From the human T2T-CHM13v2.0 reference genome, Homo sapiens: a stretch of DNA of 64,000 nucleotides. Shown here piece after piece: positions 44,226-58,361 of this stretch. Every line of letters starts with the position of its first letter. Position 1 is the first letter of the stretch. Under the pieces are notes generated by a model. That model saw only the letters and a list, made by a program, of their open reading frames with translations. It was not told the DNA's origin and ran no database searches. The position numbers and the translations under genes are program-made. The stretch lies in assembly GCF_009914755.1 (NCBI RefSeq), contig NC_060925.1; one strand, 5' to 3'.

Positions 44226-45799
44226 AGCTAAAGTGTTAGAAAGAATTATTAACTATAGTTAATAGAAACCAAGTGGAAATAATGTGAGCCAAAAGGAGCA
44301 TTTTATCATAAGAATGTAAGGGTATGTCCTGAAACACAAAGCAAGGAACATAATTTGGGTTTCAAGTAGGTTCTGGAACCAGAAACTTGTCTCTAACTCC
44401 ATCTTTCATCTCTATTTCTCCGTGAAATGTGTTTCATTCCTTGCCCTGCACTTATACTTGTTTCCAAATCTGTCCTGTCCAGATAGACAACATGACTAGC
44501 AGCATCTTCTAAGGTTATACCATTCAGAGCCATCAGCCCAAAGGAAGTCTAAGCCTCTCTCACTAGATCGCTTCCAAATTCCCAGAGACTGACCTGAGTT
44601 CTTGACATTCTTGTGCACCCAACTATGGTATGAATGGGATTGTACAAAGTAGCTACCAGAGTCTCATCACTGTAAACATATAAGTTGATAAAGAAGGGTA
44701 GCTGGTGGAGAAAGAGATTAGATAGCAAACCCAATAGCTGCCCACGGGGGCTGGGGTGCATGAAGTATGCATACAGATAAGTAAGAAGTGAGGGAGTTCT
44801 CCTGAGCCAGCATACTGACTAGAACACAGGTGAACAATGGCTAGGAAGCCTTTCAGAACATGGTGCTATAGGCTTCAAAAATAACACTTTTCTCTTGGAC
44901 TAGAGGAGATGCCATAAACAGTAAATCCATCTGGTTTGCAAATTCTCTTAAATAAGCCTATGCAGACAATTCCTAGGGCTAAATAGAGCCAGTTTTGTTT
45001 TCTTAGAAGGAGAACAATGGAATGTGGAATGTCAATCCAGTGCTGCTAGCCAAGCTGGGTCATGGAAAAGGCACAGAATACATTCATTAATGTTCTGCAA
45101 ACCCACCCAATCCCCACCCCCTCCTTGCCGATCTTCACTCCACCCTGCAAGGGAAAAGCCTGAAGTTGCTAAAGAAGGGTTGAAACTGAACTTGAGGCAG
45201 ATCCGGTCAGATGTGCAGTGAGGACTCACCACACAGGCACCAGCAAAGGCCCGGTACTCCATTTCCAAGAAGGAGGCATTTCCAGTAGATGCTGCTCTGT
45301 GTGTGGCTGAGCTAGGATTTCTTTCCCTGGGTTCCATAGAATAATAGCTGGGCAGCTCCTCTGAGTCACAAGTTTACTTGCTGGGAATTCCCATATTGGG
45401 AATCTGGAGAAAGAAAAGTGCTTGTGGGAGGCATAGTGGAAAGAACATTGAACTTAGGATCAAACCTTGGTAGATTCAACTGCTGGCCCTGACAAACCAA
45501 GAGACAAGAGACTGTCCCAAGTCAGTCAGTTAAACTCTCTGCACTTCCATCTCCTCCACTGAAATTGGGGAGCATAATTCTCAATGTCCGTTTGATTCAC
45601 TACGTTGCTGCAAATAGCAGATGTGATTGGCTGAGAATGTCATGCATGAGGTTTAGCTGCTGGCCAGCACAAGACTACCACTGGCATATATGAATTATTT
45701 GAATTAGTAAAAGAAGCCCCTTCCTACATGTCAGGGCTCATGGCTTAGCAAGCTGAGTGTGGGCTGCATTTCACCTCTCAGCTAGGCACCCTTGCACAG

Positions 45800-46178
45800 T
45801 GTTAAAAGATAAACTGGGGCACATTAAAATAGTAAAGAGTTTATTTGAGCAAGCAGCAATTCATGAATTGGGCAGCTTCAGACTACAAGTGGTTTGTGGG
45901 CTCCACCAAAGTGGTGGAAGGGGTAGAATTTTATAGGGTGAATGTAGGCAGAGCAAAGAAATATATCAATTAGTTAAAGTTTAAACAATTGCCATATTTG
46001 GACTACCCTGGTAGGAAGTTCATGACAACATAACTAATGCCCAGTTGGTCACCTGTGATTGACTGAGCTTGAGTTTTGTTTTCTTTTAAATTCTGAGTTA
46101 GGTTTCAATTTGATTATGTAGGAGCCTGGAGCATCAGAACCACCTAGTCTAATGGCCTCCCATGTAATTATTTTAACA
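45800..46178 (-). mobile_element. MER93-like ERV1 solo LTR
   Basis: TG...CA ends; the reverse complement begins tgttaaaataattacatgggaggccattagact. Confidence 0.75.
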
Positions 46179-46991
46179 ACACCTCCACAGTCTTTATGGT
46201 GGCCCCTGGGTCACGGTGCCTTCTATAAGAATAAGATAAATCTTCACAAGTATAGAAGCTTCAGGGAGGTCTCAATCAGCCAAGGTGGTAGCAAGAGGCA
46301 AGGAAAACAGTCAAGACAGCCATACCACTATTGTCCCAATCCAGGTTAAAAACATTTGTCCAGAATTCTCCCCAGGTAGAAACCCACCCCTGAATCAAAG
46401 GAGAAAGGCAGAGGAGAGAGTCATAAATTTGCTTACACTGATATACTTAGCTGGAAATTTCTGAGCCATCAAGAAAAAACATGGTCCTTTAGACCTTTCA
46501 AGGTGGCTGGTTTGAATTTGCATGTTTTCACAAAACCCCCTCCAGCATCTCCTTCCTGGGTCTTACTATATTAGGCCTATACTTACAGTTCTTTCGATTA
46601 TCATGTCTATATCATGTGGATAGGAGTTTAGTGTTTAAAATTATGTAGGAGCTATGTATTCCCAGCATCTAGAGTCCACTAACCCCAGTGGGTGTTAAAC
46701 CTACTTATCTTTTTTTTCCCCTTTGGACACCTATTTTCTTTTTACTTTCTTCTGCTTCTATCTTTGTCTAAAACACAATTAGACCTATATTTCTATTTAA
46801 ATTTATGTTCTATTCCAATGCTCTACGTGGTTCCATTAGTCATGACGCCTGAACCTAGTACATGGAACCACAAAGAAGGGGCACACAGCACAATCATGTT
46901 CTTTGTGCACTTAGTTCTGAACTCCTTATCTTTTCCCCAAACCTCACTCTGCCTTGCTCTTGACCTAGATTCTGACTTTATTGCTTTTTTT

Positions 46992-47327
46992 TGATTTTTA
47001 ATTTTATTTATTTATTTATTTATTTTGAGACAGAGTCTTGCTCTGTCGCCCAGGCTGGAGTGCAGCAGTGTGATCTCGGCTCACTGCAGCCTCTGCTTCC
47101 TGAGTTCAAGTGATTCTCCTGCCTCAGCCTCCTGATTGGCTGGGATTACAGGTGCATACCACTATGCCTGGCTAATTTTTGTATTTTTAGTAGAGATGGG
47201 ATTTCCCCAAGTTGGCCAGGCTGGTCTCAAACACCTGACCTCAAGTGATCTGCCTGCCTCAGCCTCCCAAACTGCTGGGATTATAGGCTTGAGCCACTGC
47301 ACCCAACTTATTGCTTATTTTTCATTT
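46992..47327 (-). mobile_element. AluS
   Basis: (TTTA)n tail, antisense Alu; TSD ttattgctt. Confidence 0.95.
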
Positions 47328-47813
47328 ATATCTTCACCTTTCTAATGAGCTTGATCCTCTATACCTTCCCCGCTACTAAAGATATTGATATCACCTCCCA
47401 GATGACATCATACTAGTTCTCTCCTCACAGGCTGATTTTCGGGTAAATACCTCTCCTGGTTTGGCTGTGCTCTGGAGGCCTCCCACTTTCATCAAACCCC
47501 CTTCTCCAATGAGTTATATGCCCAAGAGGCCACTCACCCTCATAAATAGGAAGAGAATAAGTAGAACTTAGGGGAAAATCTTGGTGAAATTTGGAAGGAG
47601 CAGGAAGGTGTGCCTGCTTCATGAGGGGAGAACCCGCACCCATATCCTTGGGAAGAAAGAGATCATGAACTTCCTGGAAGTAGAGCCTGAACTCTATACT
47701 AGGAGTGGACTAGTGGAAAGCCCTCCACCAGAAGACAAGCTGTAGGAGGCCCAAGAGAGATGTAAGTATGTTCCATATAGAGTCAAGTGAAAAATCAATA
47801 TAGGTACTCTTTA

Positions 47814-48115
<302 letters not shown>

Positions 48116-48135
48116 TTAGTTTAACTTAAAGGTTG

Positions 48136-49148
48136 AATTAAACTAAAGAGTTTTTGCATGGCAAAAGGAACAGTCAGAAGAGTAAGCAGACAACCCATAG
48201 AGTGGGAGAAAACCTTCACAATCTATACATCTGACAAAGGACTAATATCCAGAATCTACAGTGAACTCAAACAAATTAGCAAGAAAAAAACAAGCAAATC
48301 CATCAAAAAGGGGCTAAGGACATGAATAGACAATTCTCAAAAGAAGATATACAAATGTCTAACAAAGATATGAAAAAATACTCAACATCACTAATGATCA
48401 GGGAAATGCAAATCAAAACTACAATGCGATACCGCCTTACTCTCACAGAATGGCCACAGTCAAAAATAATAATAATAATAATAATAGATGTTGGCGTGGA
48501 TATGGTGAACAGGGAACACTTATACACTACTAGTGGCAATGTAAACTTCTAGAAGCACTATGGAAAACAGTGTGGAGATTCCTTAAGGAACTGAAAGTAG
48601 AACCGCCAGTTGATCCAGCAATCCCTCTACTGGTTATTTACCCAGAGGAAAATGAGTCATTATACAAAAAAGATACTTGCACACACATGTATATAGCAGC
48701 ACAATTCACAGTTGCGAAAATGTGGAACCAACCCAAATGCCCATCAATCAACGAGTAGATAAGGAAACTGTGGTGTATATATATATGATGGAATACTACT
48801 CAGCTATAAAAAGGAATGAATTAATGGCATTTGCAGCAACCTGGATGAGATTGGGGACTATTATACTAAGTGAAGTAAATCAGAAATGGACAATCAAACA
48901 TTGTATGTTCTCACTCATAAGTGGGAGCTAAGCTATGAGGATGCAAACACGTAAGAATGACATATAGACTTTGGGGACTCAGGGGGAAAGGGTGGGAAGG
49001 GGGTGAGTGATAAAAGAATACAAATTGGGTGCAATGTATACTGCTTAGGTGATGGGTGCGCCAAAATCTCATAAATCACCACTAAAGAACCTACTCATGT
49101 AACCAAACACCACGTGTTCCCCAATAACCTATGGAAATAAAAATAAAA
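48136..49148 (+). mobile_element. L1PB-like 3' ~1 kb (degraded ORF2 C-terminus and 3' UTR)
   Basis: ORFs 48322-48552 and 48570-48758 translate to L1 ORF2 C-terminal motifs ([29 protein letters not shown]). Confidence 0.92.
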
Positions 49149-51182
49149 GTTTTGACTTCAGAAAAAAAAAGTTGATTGTCAGTTAATGCTTTCTGGATTA
49201 TGTCGCCTATATCTTTTTAAGCTCTGTATGTCTTTCTTCAATTCTTGACTGTTTCTGACAACTGGGATTCTCCCTGCTTCCAGGATTGTTCCACTCAAAT
49301 TCAGCCTCAGAAGTAGCCAGAGACCTTGCTATTTGCTTGCTGAGAACCCATCAGTGGTTTCCTGTCTCCCGCATGGTGAAGCCTCAGCTCCTTGGTCTGG
49401 ACACACGCCCTGCAGGATTCAGGCCTGCCTACTTATCTTATTAGGCAGCTGTCTCCATCACAAGACTGTCAGTCCCTTGAAAGCAGGGACTTAATCTTTT
49501 TCATTTCTGTGTTCCTATCACTGAGTGCCACACCTGACACATAATGGACACTCCAAATGATGATTGTATCAATTGATGAATTAATCGGTATCATACATAA
49601 GTGCTCCCAGTCGAAATCCAATTCTGAGTATTTAATGTCTCATCTTTCTGTGAGAAACAAATCAAGGTGCTTCATTGTTTTCAACCCCATCAGTGGGCCC
49701 GGACCTTGCCAAAGCAAACCACAGGCCTGAGGGATTCTGCCAACAGGACTCCCTCCCACATCCATGTCTGTAAGACTGAGGTCCTTGAAAACTTAGCCTG
49801 CTCAGCTGTAGAAGTGGAAAATATCTAGTAGCCGCTAAGAGCCTGCAGCCAAGGAGATGTTTTTCTAGTCTGAACCCACACACCCAGATAGCCCCAGGGG
49901 ACACTGAGGCCAAATGAACGTCCGCTCACACAGGAACTTGACTCCCCATGGAGGCCACCCTAACACCAAGCCCACCCCTGTCTTACTGCCCAACACCCGG
50001 TGGTCTGACACCCACTTCCTCTTCCACGTTCCACAACAGTGAGATCTCCTGCAGTCCAGTCTAGCTTCTGTTCCCACTTGCCTTCATTCCAGAATGCCTC
50101 ATGGAATGGTTTCTGTTTCCAAGTTTTCTCCCAAGAATGAGAAAATCCTCTGCTGTCCGGCAAAGCCAGTGTCTTTTACTGCACTCAGCAGGCTTTAATT
50201 GAAGAGTTCTCTCAATGGTTCACTGCTCTGTGAAGCTGGTACCTGCTTTCTTACCATAGATCCTCCTTACGTCTCCAAGGCTCAAAATAGCCCAGAAGGG
50301 GATGCATGAAGCAAACATCAGCCAAGTAGACACTTGTCAACCTGGTGACATTTCTGCCAACTTGTGACTCTTTACAGGGGGAAACCTCTCTGGCAGGCAG
50401 TTGGAATGGGGATGCTAGGGAAAGGCTATATATGTGCTAGAAAGAGCAAGGACTACAAAGCCAGGAGGCCTAGGGTTAGGTTCTTGCAACTGGTTGTGGA
50501 ATCTCTGACAACTCATTGAATCTTTCTCTGCCTCCTTTGCCAACAATCTATGAAGTTAGGCAGATAGGAATCTGCCACATATTAGCAAGTAGAGGATGAG
50601 ATAGGCTATGTCTTCCCTTGCCACCAGATCCTTTCTTCATAAAAACTAGAATAATTATCCCTTGAATCGTCTCAGCAACTTTCTGAGATTTAGAGTGGTT
50701 TAACAACTTTTCAAGGTCATATGTCTACTGTATAGAACTTGGATGGAACACTATTCTATCTCGTTTCCAGACCTCATCTCCCAAGTTTCATGTTTTCAAA
50801 GTAAAATAAGATATATTCATAATCTCTGCCTGCAGTGAACTCAAGTTTCGGAGGAAAAAAGCTACACTTGCATCTAAAAGTGTTTTGTGCCTCTGTATAG
50901 TTAGGAGAGTCTTCTTGGAGGAGATGAGATATATGGGCTTTGAAGAATGAATTTGATCCACCCCTTTTTTTCCTGACTACTGGAAAAACCGGATCAAAAT
51001 CTGTGGCTTCCCAGTAGCAAGTATAATGGACTTGTTAACATCTTTAATATAAGTACTTTTCTCACCTGCCTATAGCTTTTTCCTCCTTTCCTACGTTTTG
51101 TTTATCTTCTCTTTGCTACACAATTTTACTTGAAGTGTACTTTATCTTGTTGTTTTGAGTGTATTGAAAGTAAGCTGCATTT

Positions 51183-51536
<354 letters not shown>

Positions 51537-52821
51537 TCACAGCATGAGAGTAGTTCCCTACTCCACCCATACCTAAGTGTAGACAGGCAAATATAGACAT
51601 TGCTTAGCCAGTTACTGGTTTCAGTGCTTACTTTTTGTCAGCCCCCTGCCTTCAAAGCCTTCTCATTTCTGCAGTTGGGACCATTTGCCCTTGCCCACTC
51701 TACCTATAGCTCCCTAATTACAGATCTTGAGGCCCCCTGATGTGGGCAGTTGGGGTTTGGAGGAACAAGTACATTAACCTGCTAGGCCTGCTATGAGGAT
51801 GTTCCCACTTTCAGTGAAAGTGTTCATAGTGCTTCTTTCAGGCCACAGCTCAGCCCTATCAGAAGTGCTGGGTCCTCAGCTATCCCTGGACCTAGCCTCT
51901 GCTGAGATTTCCTGCCCAATCCCCAAATTCCTCCTGGATTAGCATTTTACTCTTGCCAGACCCCATCCTGGAGCCTTCAGTCCTAGCACCAACCCAAAAG
52001 CCTTCAGCTGTGGTAGGATATGAGCACAAAGTAGCGAACAGGAGACATCAGGCACTAACTTGGAAGGAAAGAAGTCAAGGCTGTGCTAAAAGTTGACCTT
52101 TAAAATCAGTGGGTCAGAGCAGAGATATCCAGTCACCTGAAGAACACAGAAGGGCTCCTCGACACAAGAGGCTGAATACCCTCCATGAGAATGTCAACAT
52201 TTCTGAAGAAACATGAGTCATGTTGCACAGGAGTTGGCCCACCATTAAAAAGAGAAGGTCATAAAGTCAAACCAAGGGGCTCTGCCTGTAGAGAAGATTT
52301 AGCCAAACAACTTATATTGACAGCCCCATTGGTAAGACCATCCCTACTATGTGATAATTGAGATGTCTTATTCAGATGGCATTAAGCATTTCACATATCC
52401 ATTTCTCCTTGTTCCCATTTCATGCTTGTCACACAACCTTGCATACAGGTTTTCATTTTCCCAGTAGGTCTGATTTCAAGGAAAGCATGAGTTTTCAGGC
52501 CAATGGGAGACTTCCACCTCTGGAACCTTGATTTAGCAAGCCAATAATTTGGTTTCTGAGATCTCCTTCAATCTTATGAGCATAGTCTATCCCTCAGAAG
52601 CTATCCCTGAGTCACACTGCCAGATACATCTACTCACAATGGAGATGTCTATGTCTAAAAGCCTGCAGGAGTATGGAGAATTCACCAAGGGACTGAATGT
52701 CAAATTGTGGAACTCTTTGCCAGCTGAGTCATTTGGGGACCTTGGGTAGGACATGCAGCTCCCAAGAAGAGCACCCTTTCCTACATTTGAGATTCTATTT
52801 GTCCCCATTTCTTCTCCCCAG

Positions 52822-52999
52822 TTCCTGTGGGCTGCTGCCCACAGGAATGGATGTCTGCTCCCTACTGTCTGCCTCCTGCTGGGATGCCAGTACACCTCTT
52901 TCCCGTGATTGACCTTGCTAGCCCTGGTGGATTTCTTAGCACCAGCTCTCTGTCTGGACTGCCCAACAGAATCCCCAGGGAGCAAGCACACTTTGGCAG
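52822..52999 (+). ncRNA. Candidate spliced exon (lncRNA-like)
   Basis: Acceptor tttgtccccatttcttctccccag| and donor CAG|GTGAGT; 178 nt of unique sequence. Confidence 0.35.
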
Positions 53000-53249
53000 G
53001 TGAGTCCTGTGTAGTTGGACCACTCTCTAACCAGTGCGTGAGCACAATTACCAGCACCCAGCCCCTCTCCATCCAACCTGTCCTACTGCCTCACCAAACT
53101 CAGACTCATACCTTCCCTCCCACCTGGCTCCCTGACCACTTCTACCCAACTCGGCTCAGGCAGGAGTGGTTACCTGGTTACCTTGGGTAACCAACATATT
53201 AAGACTTTTCATATCCTAATACAGAGCATTACTCAAACTGGATCAAGAG

Positions 53250-53900
53250 GCAAGAAAGTGAGATTGAAAGAATATGGACTTACTAAAACCAATATTTTGT
53301 TTGTCTATCCAACAAGCAAACATCTTTTTATACCCACTTTTTGTTGAAGGTGCAGGGAAACAGGAATATTCACACACTTGTAGTGGGAAATAAATGTTTA
53401 TAAGTTTCCTGCGGGGGTGGGGCAAGTTGGCAATATAGTATATGTCTTTGAAACCAAAATGCGCTTTTAATCATCAATCTCACTTCTAGGAATTTATCCC
53501 AAGGAAGTAAAAATACACACACAGATTAAACTACAAGGATGCTTACTGCAGCATTTTTAATATTAGTAAAAAGCTAGATATAACCTAAATATTTAGCAAC
53601 GGAAGATCAGTTAAATAAACAGTTCATTCATAAAATGAAATACTATGCAGTCTTTTTAAATGATACAGAAATACGTTTATAGATGCAGAAAGACATTTAT
53701 GATATATCGTTAAGCAGAAAAGCTGGTTACAAATATATACATGCGGAAAAAAAGTCTGGAAAGACATACCAATGTGATTGTAGCTCTTATATCTGAATGG
53801 CAGAATTTATGGATAATTTTTATTTTTTTACTTATCAGTATTTTCTCAATTTTAGATAATATGCCTTACTTGTGTAATAGAAAATAAAATAAAATTTGCT
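53250..53900 (+). mobile_element. L1ME-like 3' fragment
   Basis: caatctcacttctaggaatttatcccaagg..caaggatgcttactgcagcatt. Confidence 0.75.
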
Positions 53901-55094
53901 TTTTTAAAGGGTAGGGACATGGTATTCACACAGACTTGGGTTCCAATCCCAGCTAGACCACCAATTAGCAGTGTCACCACAGAGACATTACTTACATCCC
54001 CTGAGCTTCAGTTTCTTCATATCCAATATGGGTATAAGGGCACTTTCCTCATGAGGTGGTCTTGAGGTTTACATGTGAAAGCATTAATCAAGTGCTTGAC
54101 GCAGGGTAGGTACTGAGCTACATTTTTCCCCTTTCTTCCTGGATGTCCAAAAATAACTGAGGTAACCATTTACAATTACAACATGGTCAAACACGCCAAG
54201 TCATGTAAAATGTAGATCCGGAAATTATGAGAGACTAGTATTTAGTGCTTCAGCCTAACTCTTTTCTCTCTGATCTCCCCAGCCCCATGCAGTGCGGCGG
54301 CAGATGCAGAGATTCCCGTTATTAACCAAGGTGTCTTGAAGGTTCGGAGGCCATCCAGGTGGAATAAAGCAGGCTGTGTTACCCAGCCCCATCAGCAGGT
54401 GGGGCCGGTCTCACCTGGTGTCTTCATTCAGCCTGGCACACCTCCCCACCAGGCATCAGACTGTATGTCATAAGGGGCTATTCCGTCAGTTACTGCACAT
54501 GTTTGAGACTCTCACTCTACCTGCTCCCACCTCAATCCAGTTCCCGTTTGTGCCTCCACCTCCACTTACAGTCTCACTCTTACCACTTAGGATTTTAGCC
54601 TCTTCATAGGGGAACTTCGTTGCCTATCAGGAATGTCTGGAATTTGTCCTGCCTTCCCCCAACTACTCATTCATTTCCTCACCAAACTTTATGACTACCT
54701 AATGGGTGCCAAGCTTTGTGCTAGGACTCAGAGATCAATCAGAGACAGCAGACCCTGATCTTGGGGGAGCCACACAGCCTGCCCCAAGGCCTCAGGTGGG
54801 GAAAACAGACTGGAACACAGACCATAACCAATAGCTATTATAACACAGCACTACAATGCTGTGTTATAGTAACTATTATCATTAGAATCTTTATATAACA
54901 CTTGTTATATACCAGGAGCTGTTCTAAGCACTTTATATATGTTAAGCTTAATTATTACAACTTATCTATATGAGATAGGTTAAAATTATCTCTATTTGAT
55001 TGATAAAGGAATTGAGGCACAGAGCAGTTAAGTAACTTGCCCAGGATAGCACAGTTGGTAAATGGCAGAACCAAGATTTGAACTGAGCCTCCTT

Positions 55095-56300
55095 TACACT
55101 CTTAAAAATGACAGGATTCTAAAGAGGTTTTGTTTATGTGGGTCATGTCTAGTAATATTTATCAAGTCAGAAATTAGAGAACTTTTAAAAACATTTATCG
55201 ATTCCCTTAAAATAACAGTAATAAATCTGTTACATGTTAATCTAAATAATAAATTTTAATGAAAAAAAATCCATAGCAAAATTAGTAAGAAGAATGCCAT
55301 TGTTTCAGGTTTGCAACATCTTTAATGTCTGACTTATTAACATACAAAGCAGATTCACATATATTTTGCATTCAGCCTATTGTCATGTGTTATTTGATTA
55401 AAGGATATGAAGAAACCTGGCCTCACACATCATGAAGTTGAATAAGGGAGAAGTATTTTAATAATCTATTCAGATAACTGTGGACATTCCTCTTTGATAG
55501 TACACCAAAACTTGACAAGTGGTGGATTTTTAAAGGGTCACTGCCATGTGGAATCTGAAACCAGCTCACAGTGAAGGATACAAGTTTTCCAAAATCCCAG
55601 TTTTTCATTTGAACTCTCAAATTTTATAATTGGCCGTACATACTGTCATTTGTTTTCCTTGAAGTAACAGCTCTGACTTCATCATTTAAATATATATATG
55701 TGTGGGTGGATGTGTGTGCGTGTGTCTGTGGGTGTGTGTAGGTGTGTGTGTGGGTGTGTGTCTGCCAACTACCCATGGCTGAATAACTGCAGTGTGTCTG
55801 TCAATCGTTCTTTCCAGGAAAATGGTTTTCCATGGAGAAAATGGCTACTTCAGCTCCCAACTCACTCACTCACTCTGGTGCTTTTCCTTGAGACCACCAC
55901 TGTGCTTTTGTAGGCAACAGAAAAGCTTTACCCATACTCTTATCTCATCACACCAATCATTGAAAAGACAGGCCAGACACTCGAAGGCTGAAGTTTAATA
56001 AATTTGATCATTTTTATTGCTTCATCAAGGACATTAAGTGAAACTGACTTTTTTCTTCCTACCATGCACATGTGGTGGTGAATAATACAATGATAACTAC
56101 TGCAGTTTGCTACCACTACCTTGATCCAAACTAAAGCACCAGCTGTTTACCACTGTTGCTTTTACACCATCAGTTTAAACATCAACCAATGAAAAGGGAA
56201 AATTACATCTTAGTAGCATTATAAAAATAGTTCTGATCTCATGAACCTCTAAAAGTACCTCAGGTTCCTCCAGGGTCCTCAGGCCACGCTGAGAACCATG
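55095..56300 (-). mobile_element. Charlie1-like hAT DNA transposon fossil, internally deleted, with a TG-rich microsatellite at ~55698-55760
   Basis: Reverse complement of the right end (ggttctcagcgtggcctgaggaccctgg..agaactatttttataatgctactaagatg) resembles the recalled Charlie1 5' end. Confidence 0.75.
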
Positions 56301-58028
56301 GCTCTATACTATATAATCCAGGATAAACCTGGGGCTATGTCAGCTTCCTCACTGATCAAAGTTCAGATTAAAGCCCAACCCTGAGCCCAGAGGCCTTGGG
56401 ATCTGGACAATCTTTCTTTGGCCAGCCCTTGTCCCTCATCTCTCAGAGCTAGGCCGAGTCTCTTGAACTCCAAGCTCTAGCTTAGATTCTCACTGAAGAC
56501 CATCTTTCCCTCAAGTCAGACCAACCATAGGCTAGACAAAACCTCAGTTCACCTCACCCTTAAGACACTCATTAGACTTCTAGCCACTCAGGGAAAGAAA
56601 AGAGAGGAGAACTCCCATCTGGAGCCCTTACTGCGTGCCAGGCATGACATTCTTTAATTCAACTCTCATCACCTCCACTCTGCTAGCAAAGAAACTGAGG
56701 CTCAGGGAAGCAGGGTGCCCACGCAGATCTGTCTGACATGAAAGCTAAGCCGTGGTGCCGCCTTCTGGTCAATTCCCACAGTCTCATTCCTGGCCCTGCC
56801 TGGACTTCCTCCCCTTCGTGTCTGCTGGCTGGTAAGGTTCCAGCATGCCTCACAACCAAAATTTCCTGAAATGAGAAAATTCCCAGCACCAGCGGTTTTA
56901 ATCATCCAGTGTCTGAATTCCTAATAGTCACAAATCACTCAGATGTTGGAAACTATGAGACACACCACTCTCCGGAACAGATCATTGATAAAGTCTGAGC
57001 TGGGTTCACTTCTGCCATTGTTGGAGACCAGGCGGCGCAGGCTCTCCTTTGGGGAGTATTTCCACCGAAGCTGATGGTTCGTCATCTCTGTCTGTGTCCC
57101 GCACACGGGAGTTGACATCCTCTGGCCCCTGCCTCTTCCTCAGCACCAGGGGCTCCCTGGAAGAGCCAGGGCCCATTCAAAAAAGTCACAAAACAACTCC
57201 CCAGGATGTGACCAGGATAAGAATCACATCCTAAGATTCAGCTTCAGGAAAGTTTATCCCAAAATAAACCCAACACTGAAGTAAATAAAGCATTAGGAAT
57301 ATTTTGGGAGAGCAATTTCACAGAACTACAAAAAAGGAAAAAAGATGCTATTGTCAACAGCCTTTGTTCAGACATTCTGTATTTCTGGCACATCTTGTTA
57401 AGTGGCGGTTTTGTATCTGACATTTATGCAAGGGGGAAATGACCCATGTTTATGAAAATTATACCATTTCTTCTAAGGGTAAGAGTGTCCTTTAAGCACT
57501 GGTTTGAGATAGGCAGAGAGTTTGATGAGGATTCAAGGTTGTGATGATTAAAGCCAGGGTAGGAGGAACATGTAATTTGTGCAAAAGAACCCGGAGAACA
57601 ACAGCAAAGGGAGAACTCTGTTGAATATATACAAAGGGGACGCTGCTTTGCAGTCTTGTTTCCCTAGGAGGAAGAGGGAACACAAACAGAAAGTTTTTAT
57701 GATTTCACAGAACAAGAGAAGGCTCAACACTTGGCATAACAAAAGGTAAAATGTTTGGGATAATGGACACCAACTAAGCCTTATCTCCACTTGCACATTC
57801 AACCAAAACAAACAGATTCTATTAGTATCACCTTCACTAACGTGATTGCATTCATCCATTCATCCAATATTTAACAAATACTGTGTATTATACCCCGCTA
57901 AGCATTGGGAATGCCACAGTGATGAAAACACAGTCTGTGCCCTCGAGAAGCTCCTAGGACAGCAAGAAAAACAGATCTGTGAAGAGGCGATGATAAGAAG
58001 GTAATGAGTGCTCTAAATTTTGATGGGA

Positions 58029-58361
58029 GGCCGGATGTGGTGGCTCACACCTGTAATCCCAGCACTTTGGAAGGCCAAGGAGGGCAGATCACCTGAGGTC
58101 ACGAGTTTGAGATCAGACTGGCTAACACAGCCAAACCCCATCTCTACTAAATATATATATATATATATATGTATTAGCTGGGTGTGGTGGCATGCACCTG
58201 CAGTTCCAGTTACTCAGGAGGCTGAGGCACGAGAATTGCTTGAACCTGGGAGGCAGAGGCTGCAGTGAGCTGAAATTGCACCATGCACTCCAGCCTGGGC
58301 AACAGAGGGAGACTCTGTCTCTAAATTAATTAATTAATTTAATTAATAAAATAAAATAAAT
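58029..58361 (+). mobile_element. AluS with (TA)n expansion in the linker
   Basis: Alu arms with tactaaa(ta)10tgtattagc; TSD aaat(t/g)ttgatg. Confidence 0.95.

Noticed and set aside
48303-48931. ORFs resembling the L1 ORF2 C-terminus (also 34326-34568 and 36349-36618)
   Set aside because: Frameshifted, truncated L1 fossils, not functional CDS
56969-56995. Peptide DFINDLFRR resembling histone H2B SFVNDIFER
   Set aside because: Similarity is limited to about 9 residues and the flanks do not align
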